Source: Macrostomum lignano (taxonomy: Eukaryota). From it: DNA of 64,000 bases. Shown here piece by piece: positions 13,901-30,494 of the stretch. Every line of letters begins with the position of its first letter. Position 1 is the stretch's first letter. Below the pieces are notes generated by a model that did no database searches, was not told the DNA's origin, and worked only from the letters and a program-made list of their open reading frames with translations. Location: assembly GCA_002269645.1 (NCBI GenBank), contig NIVC01001208.1, positions 124,001-188,000 of the forward strand. Reading direction: 5' to 3'. A program made the translations under genes and the position numbers.

Positions 13901-16112
13901 CCATCTTGACTCATTCTGTACCTGTATAACCTTTCCTAGATGCCATGGAAACAGTAGTAATAAAGCTTAGCGATTCCTCAGTACCAATTCAAACTTTTCA
14001 TGACTTATAAGATTATTGCTGACCTTTATGACCCTTCTGAGCTTTTATGATCCTCTCTGAACTTGTATTACCCAGTCTTCTGAACTTTTATCAATTATGA
14101 CCCTTCTGAGCTTTAATGACCCCTTCTGAACTTTTATGAATTATGACCCTTCTGAGCTTTTATGATCCTCTCTGAACTTGTATCACCCAGTCTTCTGAAC
14201 TTTTATGAATTATGACCCTTCTGAGCTTTAATGAACCCTTCTGAACTTTTATGAATTATGACCCTTCTGAGCTTTTATGATCCTCTCTGAACTTGTATTA
14301 CCCAGTATTCTGAACTTTTATTAATTATGACCCTTCTGAGCTTTTATGACCCCTTCTGAACTTTTATGAATTATGACCCTTCTGAGCTTTTATGGCCCTT
14401 CCTAAACTTTCATGACCCTTCTGAGCTTTTATGATCCTCTTTGAACTTTTATTACCCAGTCTTTTGAACTTTTAATAATTATGACCCTTCTGAGCTTTTA
14501 TGACCCCTTCTGAACTTTTATGAATTATGACCCTTCTGAGCTTTTATGACCCCTTCTGAGCTTTTATGACCCTTTCTAACCTTTCATTACCTTTATGAGA
14601 TTTTATGACCCCTTCTGAGCTTTCATGACCCTTTCTGACCTTTTAAAACCCCTTCTGAGCTTTTATGACCCCTTCTGAACTTTTATGACCCTTCTGAGTT
14701 GTTTTGACCCCTTCTGAGCTTTTATGACCCTTTGTGAACTTTTATTACCCTTCTGACCTTTCATGACCCCTTCTGAGCTTTTATGACCCAGTCTTCTGAA
14801 CTTTTATGACCATTCTGACCTTTCATGACCCCTTCTGAGCTTTTATGACCCTTTTTGAACTTTTATTACCCTTCTAAACGTTTTTTATCCCTTCTGACCT
14901 TTTACGACTCTTGATCTTTATTGACTTTTTCACCTGTAGAACCTTCATGGCTCTTCATGACCATTTTTAACCATTAATGACTCTTTATAACTTTCTGACC
15001 TTTCGTGACCCTTTATGATCCTACTAACCCTTCACAAGCCTTTTTTGACTCAATTTGATTCTTCAAGACCTTCCCAGCGCATCATTTCTGATCATTCATA
15101 ACCTATCCTGACTTGCCTTGACCAGGTCCAGTCTTATTACTAAGCTGCCAATCAAATTGATCTCGCCCGCAGTGTCGCCCTACCTGAAGAGCCTATCGAT
15201 GGTGTCAGCTAACAAGCTGCTCCATCTATTGGAAGCGTTCAGCACGCCTTGGTTCCTGTTTTCAACCCCCGGCAATCATCATTTAGTATTCTTCCTGCTG
15301 GAGGTGTTCAACAATATTATCCAGTACCAGTTTGATGGCAACAGCAGTTTGGTCTACTGCATCATCAGGAAGCGGGCCGTCTTTCATCAGCTGGCTAGCT
15401 TGGCTAGCGATCACGCCAGCATTGCGGGTATGCGGCTGTTGGTGCAGCTTGATTCAGGGTTCCTAATCCTAATGAGGATCTGTAGTGATCCCAATGAGGA
15501 TCTGTAGTGATCCCAATGAGGATCTGTAGTGATTCCAATGAGGATCTGTAATAATCCCAATGAGGATCTGTAATGATCCCAATGAGGATCTGTAATGATC
15601 CCAATGAGGATCTGTAATGATCCCAATGAGGATCTGTAATGATCCCAATGAGGATCTGTAGTGATTCCAATGAGGATCTGTAATAATCCCAATGAGGATC
15701 TGTAATGATCCCAATGAGGATCTGTAGTGATCCCAATGAGGATCTGTAGTGATCCCAATGAGGATCTGTAGTGATCCCAATGAGGATCTATAATGATCCC
15801 AATGAGGGTCTGCAGTGATCCCAATGAGGATCTGTAATGATCCCAATGAGAATCTTTAATGATCCCAATGAGGATCTGTAGTGATCCCAATGAGGATCTG
15901 TAATGATGATCCCAATGAGGATCTGTAATGATCCCAATTTTAGGTTGTCTGTGGATCCCTATTTCGTTACTTTTTTAAATCCCCATTTAGGCTTTTTAAA
16001 ATATCCCAAACCAAAATGCTGTTCTGCAGGTGCCCTAGCTAAGAAGGCCACCGCCGGAGCCTCTGTTCGAAAGCAGCAACAACAGCAGCAGCAGCAGCAA
16101 CAGCAGCAACAA

Positions 16113-16148
<36 letters not shown>

Positions 16149-17872
16149 AACTCGCAGCAGCACCCTGCCTCAGTGCAGTCCAACGCAAACGATTCCCAGG
16201 AAGGCTCAACGCCTGCGGCTCCAGCCGAGCCGGGCACCCTGAAGACGTCGCTAGAAGCGACTCCGGCTCTCACTAACATGACCGAGCGCTCCCCGGCCGA
16301 CGCCGGCGCCGACGCCGACGCGAATTCCGGTGCGGCCGCTGTTGACGGGTCGACGCCTACGGCATCCAGCGACGGCGCAATCGCGACAACATCCGCCACC
16401 GTGCCCAAGACCAAACCCGTGCAGCAGGCGCCGCCGCCGCCGGCCACCCCGACGCCGTCAGTTACGTCGACAGCTTCATCGTCCACTGTCGGTTGGGTGG
16501 CCACGCCTGACTGGGTGTCCAGTTGGAAAAGCAAATTGCCGCTACAGACTATTATGCGTCTGCTGCAGGTGCTGGTGCCGCAGGTTGAGAAGATTTGCAT
16601 TGATAAGTGAGTTCTGAGTCTTGCTGATTATGGAGTAGCTTGGGTCAGGGATGTGTCTTTGTGGGTCAGGGATGTGTCTTTGTGGGTCAGGGATGTGTCT
16701 TTGTGGGTCAGGGATGTGTCTTTGTGGGTCAGGGATGTGTCTTTGTGGGTCAGGGATGTGTCTTTGTGGGTCAGGGATGTGTCTTTAGTTGGCCAATGGA
16801 TGTCTTTGTGGGTCAGGGATGTGTCTTTAGTTGGCCAATGGATGTCTTTGTGGGTCAGGGATGTGTCTTTAGTTGGCCAATGGATGTCTTTGTGGGTCAG
16901 GGATGTGTCTTTGTGGGTCAGGGATCCGGATGTGTCTTTGTGGGTCAGGGATGTGTCTTTGTGGGTCAGGGATCCGGATGTGTCTTTGTGGGTCAGGGAT
17001 GTGTCTTTGTGGGTCAGGGATGTGTCTTTGTGGGTCAGGGATGTGTCTTTATGGGTCAGGGATGTGTTTTTTTTTTGGTCAGGGATATGTCATTAGTGGG
17101 TCAGGGATGTGTCTTTAGTGGATCAGGGATGTGTCTTTGTGGGTCAGGAATGTGTCTTTGTTGGTCAGGGATGTGTCTTTAGTGAGTCAGGGATGTTTTT
17201 GTGGATCAGCGATGTGTCTCTGTGGGTCAAGGAGGTGTCTTTGTGGGCCAGGGATGTATCTGGGTCATTAATGTATCTTTGTGGGTCAGGGATGTCTTTG
17301 TGGGTCAGGGATGTTTTTGTGGGTCAGGGATATGTCTTCGTGGGTTAGGGATGTGTTTCTTGTTGGCTAGGGATGTTTCTTGTTGGCTAGGGATGTTTAT
17401 TGTGGGCTAGGGATGTTTCTTGTTGGCTAGGGATGTGTTTATTGTGGGTCAGAGATGTGTTTATTCTGAGTCAGGGATGTGCTTATTGATTGTTAGGGAT
17501 GCGTTTGTAAGTCAGATATTTTTAGTTCGTGCCAGAGATGTCTATATTTGTCTCTATGGAAGTGTACGCTCTGTGGATCAATGCGTGGAGATTTTAACTC
17601 AAAAATAAGTCGAGGTAAAATTGTTCAACTGCCCCCCTCACCAATGCAGAGGCCTCACTGACGACTCGGAGATTCTGAAATTTCTCCAGCACGGCACCCT
17701 GGTGGGCCTCCTGCCCGTGCCGCACCCGATCCTAATTAGGAAATATCAGGCCAACGCTGGCACCACCATCTGGTTCAGGACCTACATGTGGGGCGTTATC
17801 TACCTGCGCAATGTGGATCCGCCAATCTGGTACGACACTGACGTCAGGCTGTTTGAGATTCAGCGAGTTTGA
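4939..17872 (+). CDS. HID1: HID1 (Golgi / dense-core-vesicle protein HID-1) orthologue, 10 exons, about 869 aa
   Basis: Exons 4939-5004, 9651-9864, 10493-10602, 11811-11855, 11944-11997, 12516-12869, 13165-13876, 15173-15427, 16030-16606 and 17650-17872. All introns are GT-AG with compatible phases; sum 2610 nt. Protein matches human HID1 throughout: MGNENTKLNYRKAVIQLTTRTQ/PVEASDNDFWDQFW, EESPSNLATLCYKAVEKLV, STENRHALPLFTSLLNTVCAYDP, LNDARADQSRVGLMHIGVFILLLLSGERNFGVRLNKPY, and the terminus DPPIWYDTDVRLFEIQRV*. Confidence 0.97.
6500..8095. mobile_element. Old Tc1/mariner-like TIR element in HID1 intron 1
   Basis: About 125-bp degenerate inverted repeats at 6502-6624 and 7965-8093 (agggtttcactacagatatt... 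vs ...aatatctgtcgtgaaaccct; shared core aaagcttatt..cccaacacttgc.taaatatt..ccaaaaagatggttgaag), with TA-rich flanks. A Tc1-like N-terminus MVRHMTDAERWRAVGMLEAG lies on - at 6723-6661. Confidence 0.55.
9400..9545. repeat. Short cluster of direct and inverted ATCC(C/T)GGGAT-type repeats, possible MITE fragment
   Basis: Repeated gggatatccc.atccc / atcctgggat motifs. No clear termini. Confidence 0.35.
9975..10390 (+). repeat. 28-30 bp minisatellite in HID1 intron 2
   Basis: Unit aagaatctc(tc)taaagtacagtatgtccat; degenerate copies at the left edge. Confidence 0.95.
10623..11740 (+). repeat. 26-bp minisatellite in HID1 intron 3 (about 43 units)
   Basis: Unit ctcaagaatcgccctttactctcatt; produces the 26-aa-periodic spurious ORFs 10608..11882 and 10987..11742. 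Confidence 0.95.
12925..13125 (+). repeat. 32-bp minisatellite in HID1 intron 6 (about 6 units)
   Basis: Unit ctcagatccccatcttgagcagctaaccgcat. Confidence 0.95.
14020..14900 (+). repeat. About 19-21 bp degenerate minisatellite in HID1 intron 7
   Basis: Core gacccttctga(g/a)cttttat with longer composite units. Confidence 0.9.
15470..15937 (+). repeat. 22-bp minisatellite in HID1 intron 8 (about 21 units)
   Basis: Unit gatcccaatgaggatctgta(a/g)t, containing the internal inverted repeat GATCC...GGATC. Confidence 0.95.
16074..16148 (+). repeat. Coding CAG/CAA repeat (25 Gln) in HID1 exon 9
   Basis: 75 nt of CAG/CAA in the HID1 reading frame. Confidence 0.9.
16640..17450 (+). repeat. 21-bp minisatellite in HID1 intron 9
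   Basis: Unit gggtcagggatgtgtctttgt, decaying toward the 3' end. Confidence 0.95.
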
Positions 17873-19179
17873 TTGAGTACGGCCGGGACTCAAGAGATAT
17901 CAATGTTGGGATGAATTTTTATTTTTTTTTATCTCCATTAGGGCCATAGACAATATGAGCATTGATCTGGTGTGGATTTCCATCTGTCAAATTGACTGCT
18001 TCACACAACCTCTTTTGGGCCATAGACAATAAAAAGCAAGTGTTTAATAGTTTGAATCTTCCAACTAAGGATTAAAAATAGCAGTTTGTTTCATTCAATA
18101 CTAAAATAGTCTATGGTCCTAACTCCTTGGCCATAGAAATTTATTTAGTAATCCGTTAAATCTGTCAGTTAGTCTGCCCAAAAACATTGGACTGATTTTA
18201 CATTTTATTGAGTGAGCCTACTTTAAGTAGCTTTGAAAGGGGTATTTTTCTAATTAATGGGTCAGGACGCATAAGATTATTAATTAGTACATGCGTTGGT
18301 TGTCTTCAGTCTTTTTAATATCCGCTATTATTGATAATTAAAATGAGTTATTGATTTTTGTTTTTTGGCTTCTCTAACGTTGGTTTTAAAGGCTTTAAAA
18401 TTCAATAAATTCTGATTGCTGATAAGCCTGTCTTGTGTTTTACCTTCAAAATTAATTATCCTTGTTTATGCTACTAATTTACAAAGTACATAGTGTCACT
18501 GATTTGCGTGTTATTAAAAAAATTCAACTAATTAAAACAGATTGTTAATCAGTGTTTTCGTCATATTTTAAGCGTTGTTAGCTAAAATAATTATATTTGC
18601 CTACTTCCACGTGTTGTACTAATATTTGTTTTAGTTATTAACTGTACTTACAATCTTCATAAATTCTGTCACTAGTAAGTAAAGCTCTGTAAAATATGTA
18701 ATTGAATTTTTGTTTAACTTGTGAGTCACAAAATTATAAATCTTATTTAAAATTTTCGTATTCTCCGTGACACTGCTTTATTTAAATATATTTTGTTTTA
18801 ATCAAACTATTATTTACACTTGGACATATGCATATATGACACATGTACTACTAGTGCACTTTGGGTACTTAGCATACTAATTTATGAGCATGAGTCCATG
18901 ACTAGAGCCCTTTTTAATGGCGTTAAAAATACTTTATAGACGATTTAGATAGTGATAAAATATTGTGTTGTCTCTGGCATAATTTTATTCTAAAGTGTAA
19001 TTATAACATTTTTTGTTTGAAACTTCTCTATTAGTTAATAAACTACGTTTTCTTGATATTTTGCTTAAAACTTTTTTTTGTTCCTGAATAAGAATTTTGA
19101 ATTTATATTTACAAATTGTAGAGAATTACTCTTTTGGTGGCAGTGAAATGTTATTTAGATTTACACACTTATATAAACC

Positions 19180-19680
19180 AACCACCACAGACCCCAACCC
19201 CCACAAGCCGAATCCCCACGGACACAAACCCCCCCCCCACAGGCCCCACCCCCCTCAGACCCAACCCCCACAGACCCCAACCCCTGCAGACCCAACCCCA
19301 CAGACCCAACACCCGCAAACCCTAACCCACAGAGACCCCAACCCCCACAGACCCCAGCCCCCACAGACCCAACCCCCAGAGACCCCAACCCCCACAGACC
19401 CCAGCCCCCACAGACCCAACCCCCACAGACCCCAGCCCCACAGACCCAACCCCCACAGACCCCACAGACCCAACCCCCAGAGACCCCAACCCCCACAGAC
19501 CCCAGCCCCCACAGACCCAACCCCCACAGACCCCAGCCCCACAGACCCAACCCCACAGACCCCAGCCCCACAGACGCCAACCTCCACAGACCCCAGCCCC
19601 CACAGACGCCAACCTCCACAGACCCCAGCCCCCACAGGACCAGCCCCACAGACTCCAACCCACCTACAGACCCCAGCACA
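19180..19680 (+). repeat. C-rich minisatellite (G-run rich on - strand)
   Basis: Units like cagaccccaacccccacag / cagaccccagcccca. Confidence 0.9.
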
Positions 19681-20184
19681 GAAGACATCTTTAACTATTG
19701 AATTTTGCTATATTAGGCCTCATCTAAAAAGATTTATTTATTCTTTTATCCATTCCATAATTATGAATCCTTTTATAGCTCGTCCTTTGTGTTCCGTGAA
19801 GAGTTTATCTTATTATAAAGCATTTTTTCAATGCGAATATATTAATTATAATATTTTTGCCGGCAGTACGCATTAGCTTTAGTTACTGTTATTAATATTT
19901 TTACTTTTTCCTTCAATCGATGCTTGCATCAGCTTGCTTGCACTCTGTTCCGTGCCTGTGTGTCTCATGTCCACCATCTCTCATCTGGCTTTTTGTCGTC
20001 TGTTTTGACTATATAAACAAACATGATAAATGAAAATATAAAAGTGTCTAGCTGACAGTTAACGTGGCGCACACAATCTCTAGATTTACCGTCTGTTTTA
20101 ATGTTGTTAAATATGCTTGTTTTAGATTACTGTTAATCCGGTATACTTAATTTTCCATCGTTTGCTCAACCCAATAACCATCAT

Positions 20185-21045
20185 ATGCTCAGTTGCTGGG
20201 CCAGCATCCCAGATCCTCAATTGCTGGGCCAGCCTCCCAGATACTCAGTTGCTGGACCAGCCTCCCAGATCCTCAGTTGCTGGGCCAGCCTCCCAGATCC
20301 TCAATTGCTGGGCCAGCCTCCCAGATCCTCAGTTGCTGGACCAGCCTCCCAGATCCTCAGTTGCTGGGCCAGCCTCCCAGATCCTCAGTTGCTGGGCCAG
20401 CCTCCCAGATCCTCAGTTGCTGGGCCAGCCTCCCAGATACTCAGTTGCTGGGCCAGCCTCCCAGATCCTCAGTTGCTGGACCAGCCTCCCAGATCCTCAG
20501 TTGCTGGGCCAGCCTCCCAGATCTGCATTTGCTGGGCCAGCCTCCCAGATCCTCAGCTGCTGGGCCAGCCTCCCAGATCCTTAGTTGCTGGGCCAGCCTC
20601 CCAGATCGTCAGTTGCTGGGCCAGCCTCCCAGATCCTCAGTTGCTGGGCCAGCCTCCCAGATCGTCAGTTGCTGGGCCAGCCTCCCAGATCGTCAGTTGC
20701 TGGGCCAGCCTCCCAGATCCTCAGTTGCTGGGCCAGCCTCCCAGATCCTCAGTTGCTGGGCCAGCCTCCCAGATCGTCAGTTGCTGGGCCAGCCTCGGAG
20801 ATCCTCAGTTGCTGGGCCAGCCTCTGAGATCCTCAGTTGCTGTGCCAGCCTCCCAGATTCTCAGTTGCTGGGCCAGCCTCCCAGATCCGCAGTTGCTGGG
20901 CCAGCCTCCCAGATCCGCAGTTGCTGGGCCAGCCTCCCAGTTGCTGGACCAGCCTCCCAGTTGCTGGGCCAGCCTCCCAGATCTTCAGTGTCTGGGCCAG
21001 CTTCCTAGAGTGTCAGTTGCTGGGCCAACCTCCCAGATCCTCAGT
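20185..21045 (+). repeat. 28-bp minisatellite, family A
   Basis: Unit cagttgctgggccagcctcccagatcct, about 30 copies. Confidence 0.95.
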
Positions 21046-21439
21046 AGCTCAGTCTACGAGCGTACTGACATTTCTAATTATTCCCAAAACAGTTTTTCAT
21101 TAATAATTCGAACTGACTCGGACGCCGATCAAAACGCAGGTGAAGTAGTGCATAAACAGACGGTTGCCTCTGTCAATGCCTGTCCATTGAGAATCGTAGG
21201 CAGTACGTTGTAGTCAGAAATCTTTGTTTCAGTTGCATAGAACTACTAATTGAAACAATCAATGGACTTACATAAGGGGACAAATTTATTTCTATGAAAT
21301 TTCATGCGCAAAGCTGTTGTATCATCAGTTTTTTGGTACAGTTGACTACAGCTTAAAAGTGCATGCAGTGTTGGAACAGTCTTGAGAAAGCCAGAGGAGT
21401 ACGATGCATTTACATGTACATGCATGCTTATCTGCACCG

Positions 21440-21531
21440 TCTGTCTGTCTGTCTGTTTGTCTCTGTCTGTCTGTCCTTCTGTCTGTCTGTGTGTGTCTGT
21501 CTGTCTGTCTGTCTGTCTGTGTCTGTCTGGC

Positions 21532-21580
<49 letters not shown>

Positions 21581-21793
21581 GTCTGTCTGTCTGTCTGTCT
21601 GTCTGGCTGTCTGTCTGGCTGTGTGTCTGTCTTTCTGTCTGTCTGTCTGTCCGTTTGTTTGTCTCTGTCTTTCTGTCTGTCTGTGTGTGTGTGTGTGTGT
21701 CTGTCTGGGTCTGCCTGTCTGTCTGTCTGTCTGTCTGTGTGTGTGTGTGTGTGTGTCTGTGTGTGTCTGTCTGTCCTTCTGTCTGTCTGTGTG

Positions 21794-21824
<31 letters not shown>

Positions 21825-21941
21825 GTCTGTCTGTCTGTCTGTCTGTGTCTGTCTGTCTGTCTGTCTGGCTGTCTGTCTGTGTGTCTGTCTGGCTGTCTGT
21901 CTGTCTGTGTGTTTGTCTGTCTGTCTGTCTATCTGTCTGTG

Positions 21942-21976
<35 letters not shown>

Positions 21977-21983
21977 GTCTGGC

Positions 21984-22026
<43 letters not shown>

Positions 22027-22193
22027 TTGTCTCTGTCTTTCTGTCTGTGTGTGTGTGTGTATGTGTGTGTCTGTCTGTCTTCCTGTCTGTCTGTCTGTCT
22101 GTCTGTCTGTGTGTGTCTGTCTGTCCGTCTTCCTGTCTGTGTGTGTCTGTCTGTCTGTCTGTCTGTCTGTGTGTCTGTCTGTCTGTCTGTCTG

Positions 22194-22236
<43 letters not shown>

Positions 22237-22347
22237 GTCTGTCTGTCTGTCTGTCTGTCTGGCTGTGTCTGTCTGGCTGTCTGTCTGGCTGTGTGTCTGT
22301 CGTTCTGTCTGTCTGTCTGTCTGTTTGTTTGTCTCTGTCTTTCTGTC

Positions 22348-22387
<40 letters not shown>

Positions 22388-22417
22388 TGTCTGGGTCTGC
22401 CTGTCTGTCTGTCTGTC

Positions 22418-22453
<36 letters not shown>

Positions 22454-22735
22454 TGTGTGTGTCTGTCTGTCCTTCTGTCTGTCTGTGTGTGTCTGTCTGT
22501 CTGTCTGTCTGTCTGTGTGTCTGTCTGTCTGTCTGTCTGTCTGTCTGGCTGTCTGTCTGGCTGTGTGTCTGTCTTTCTGTCTGTCTGTCTGTCCGTTTGT
22601 TTGTCTCTGTCTTTCTGTCTGTCTGTGTGTGTGTGTGTGTGTCTGTCTGGGTCTGCCTGTCTGTCTGTCTGTCTGTCTGTGTGTGTGTGTGTGTGTGTCT
22701 GTGTGTGTCTGTCTGTCCTTCTGTCTGTCTGTGTG

Positions 22736-22766
<31 letters not shown>

Positions 22767-22883
22767 GTCTGTCTGTCTGTCTGTCTGTGTCTGTCTGTCT
22801 GTCTGTCTGGCTGTCTGTCTGTGTGTCTGTCTGGCTGTCTGTCTCTCTGTGTGTTTGTCTGTCTGTCTGTCTATCTGTCTGTG

Positions 22884-22918
<35 letters not shown>

Positions 22919-22925
22919 GTCTGGC

Positions 22926-22976
<51 letters not shown>

Positions 22977-22991
22977 TTGTCTCTGTCTTTC

Positions 22992-23022
<31 letters not shown>

Positions 23023-23145
23023 CTGTCTGTCTTCCTGTCTGTCTGTCTGTCTGTCTGTCTGTGTGTGTCTGTCTGTCCGTCTTCCTGTCTGTGTGTGTCT
23101 GTCTGTCTGTCTGTCTGTCTGTGTGTCTGTCTGTCTGTCTGTCTG

Positions 23146-23188
<43 letters not shown>

Positions 23189-23299
23189 GTCTGTCTGTCT
23201 GTCTGTCTGTCTGGCTGTGTCTGTCTGGCTGTCTGTCTGGCTGTGTGTCTGTCGTTCTGTCTGTCTGTCTGTCTGTTTGTTTGTCTCTGTCTTTCTGTC

Positions 23300-23349
<50 letters not shown>

Positions 23350-23379
23350 TGTCTGGGTCTGCCTGTCTGTCTGTCTGTC

Positions 23380-23412
<33 letters not shown>

Positions 23413-23507
23413 CTGTGTGTGTCTGTCTGTCCTTCTGTCTGTCTGTGTGTGTCTGTCTGTCTGTCTGTCTGTCTGTGTGTCTGTCTGTCTCTCTGTCTGT
23501 CTGTCTG

Positions 23508-23546
<39 letters not shown>

Positions 23547-23565
23547 GTCTGTCTGTCTGGCTGTG

Positions 23566-23608
<43 letters not shown>

Positions 23609-23685
23609 TTGTCTCTGTCTTTCTGTCTGTCTGTGTGTGTGTGTGTGTGTCTGTCTGTGTCTGTCCACCTGTCTGTCTGTCTGCT
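21440..23685 (+). repeat. 2.25-kb compound (TCTG)n/(TG)n microsatellite with an about 0.95-kb higher-order duplication
   Basis: Rare landmark variants recur at constant offset: ccgtttgttt 21651/22593, ccgtcttcc 22125/23077, cgttctg 22301/23253. Confidence 0.95.
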
Positions 23686-23692
23686 CTATCAG

Positions 23693-27863
<4,171 letters not shown>

Positions 27864-28004
27864 GGCGCTGATTTTGGATTGCTGATTCGCTGACTTCGAG
27901 TTGCCTGCAGATTTGGCGAGAATATCTCAGTGACTCTGATCGAGTAGCTGCTTATTTCGAGCAGCCTGCCTCAGTATCAGTCCGTCATTCAAGTAGCCTG
28001 TCAG

Positions 28005-28715
28005 TCTAGTAGCCTGTCACTCTGGTAGCCTGTCAGTCTAGTAGCCTGTCAGTCTAGTAGCCTTTCACTCTGGTAGCCTGTCACTCTAGTAATAGTTTGT
28101 CACTTTATTAGCCTGTCACTTTATTAGCCTGTCACTCTATTAGCCTGTCACTCTATTAGCCTGTCACTCTATTAGCCTGTCACTCTATTAGCCTGTCACT
28201 CTATTAGCCTGTCACTCTAGTAGTAGCCTGTCACTCTAGTAGCCTGTCACTCTAGTAGTAGCCTGTCACTCTAGTAGTAGCCTGTCACTCTAGTAGTAGC
28301 CTGTCACTCTAGTAGTAGCCTGTCACTCTAGTAGTAGCCTTTCACTCTAGTAGTAGCCTGTCACTCTAGTAGTAGCCTGTCACTCTAGTAGTAGCCTGTC
28401 ACTCTAGTAGTAGCCTGTCACTCTAGTAGTAGCCTGTCACTCTAGTAGTAGCCTGTCACTCTAGTAGTAGCCTGTCACTCTAGCGACCCGTTACTCTAGC
28501 GACCTGTCACTCTAGCGACCTGTCACTCTAGTAGTATCCTGTCACTCTAGCGACCTGTCACTCTAGTAGTATCCTGTCACTCTAGCGACCCGTTACTCTA
28601 GCGACCTGTCACTCTAGCGACCTGTCACTCTAGCGACCTGTCACTCTAGCGACCTGTCACTCTAGCGACCTGTCACTCTAGCGACCTGTCACTCTAGTAG
28701 TAGACTGTCAGTCTG
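28005..28715 (+). repeat. 16-19 bp minisatellite
   Basis: Units agcctgtcactct(att/agtagt) changing to gacctgtcactctagc. Confidence 0.95.
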
Positions 28716-28809
28716 GTACCTAACTGATGACCAACATGATTAACTGATCAAAATACGAGTTTGAACTCATTTTTCACAGTGCCCACCAAGAAAAGGCGGT
28801 ATTTCACTC

Positions 28810-29050
28810 ACGAAAATGCGCTTTGACTCTTCAGTTTATTCCGAAATCTTAGTGCTATGGTAAATAAATCACTTTTTCAGGCATGCTGGCCAGAAACTTC
28901 TTACAGGACAGACTCGGGATTCCTCCCAGGTTGTTGATATCTGAGTTATTCGGGCTGCTTATTCGACCAGATCTGTGCGACCAATGCCTGCGATTTTGAT
29001 TGGCTATGGAGACCCCGAAGTCTTGATGTGAGCTCATGTTTAAGAAATAC
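28810..29050 (-). pseudogene. Highly decayed Tc1/mariner-superfamily transposase C-terminal fragment
   Basis: HQDFGVSIA...W...ISSPNNSDINNLG keeps roughly the spacing of QQDxAPxH...WPPNSPDLNPL, followed by KKFLASMPEKVI. Confidence 0.4.
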
Positions 29051-29324
29051 ATGCTTCTGTTCTCAATGTTCGAGGCTTGTCCAGCTATAGCTATAGGACT
29101 AGGTGAGAATAGATTTCTTGTGAAGAGAATGGATGAAATAGAATAATACTAGATTGGATTAGATGAGGTTTGGTGAGACTTTTCAAGATGAAAGCTGAGA
29201 ATTTATGAGACTGGGAGAGATTAGATGAAATTTGGGTTGGAGATGAAATTGTATCAGATTTTTTTGACATGGAATGAGAATTTTTAAGTTTGAGAGTTTT
29301 GGTGAGTTTTGGTGAGACGGAGGG

Positions 29325-30050
29325 AGATGGGGTGAGATGTGGTGAGATGGGGTAAGATGGGATGAGGTGGAGTGAGATGGGGTGAGATGAGGTGAGATGA
29401 GGTGAGATTGGGTGAGATGTGGTGAGATGGGGTTAGATGAGGTGAGATGGGGTGAGATGAGGTGAGATGGGGTGAGATGAGGTTAGATGAGGTGAGATGG
29501 GGTGAGATGGGGTTAGATGAGGTGAGATGGGGTAAGATGGGATGAGGTGGGGTTAGATGAGGTGAGATGGGGTGGGATGGGGTGAGATAGGGTTAGATGA
29601 GGTGAGATGGGTTAGATGAGGTGAGATGGGATGAGATGGGGTGAGATGGGGTGAGATGGGGTGAGATGGGGTTAGATGGGGTGAGATGGGGTTAGATGGG
29701 GTGAGATGGGGTTAGATGAGGTGAGATGGGGTAAGATGGGATGAGGTGGGGTTAGATGAGGTGAGATGGGGTGGGATGGGGTGAGATAGGGTTAGATGAG
29801 GTGAGATGGGTGAGATGGGGTGAGATGGGATGAGATGGGGTGAGATGGGGTTAGATGGGGTGAGATGGGGTAAGATGGGGTGAGATGGGGTGAGATGGGG
29901 TGAGATGGGTGAGATGGAATGAGATGGATGAGAAGAGGTGAAATGTCGTGAGATGCGGCTAGATGGGGTGAGATCCTGTGAGATGGGGTGAGATGGTGTG
30001 AGATGGGGTGAGATGGGGTGAGATGGGGTGAGATGGGGTGAGATGGGGTC
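29325..30050 (+). repeat. 10-bp G-rich satellite (GGTGAGATGG)n
   Basis: Directly visible. Confidence 0.95.
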
Positions 30051-30494
30051 TTATCTAAGTCGAATGAATAGAACTCAACGACAGTATCATTATCAACCAC
30101 AGAACTCTCAAAGTTGTTTTTTCCTCTTCAAAAACTCAACTTTTAGACACCCGAAATGCAATTTAACAGGCGCTAAGAGGTCGTTGCTTTGCAAATTTAG
30201 GTTGGGTAGTGAGGCCGGTTCCCCCTAGGATTGGAGTGTGAGAGTACAATTTCAAGCCCGATTCCATTTCAGGGATAAATTTCCCTGGGGAACACAAGTG
30301 CGGTGGATTCAAGGGCTGCATCCTCTGCTTAACTCGTAAATTTCTCTGAAAAAAAGTTTGTTTCATTCAATGAATTGCCATGAATGTGCATAAATTTTAA
30401 TTTGGACAAATGCTCAAAACCCCAGGGACTTTATTGGGTGAGATGGGTGAGAGCCTTTTCTCTAAATTCTAAATTCTCTAAGGGTGCCTGTAGG

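Noticed and set aside
17940-18135. CCATAGAC/GTCTATGG short inverted motifs in the HID1 3' region
   Set aside because: Only 8-11 bp with no TSD; too short to call an element.
15411-21213. ORFs such as GSLQILIG, GQGCVFV, PQTPTP and GPASQILSC repeats
   Set aside because: All are minisatellite translations.
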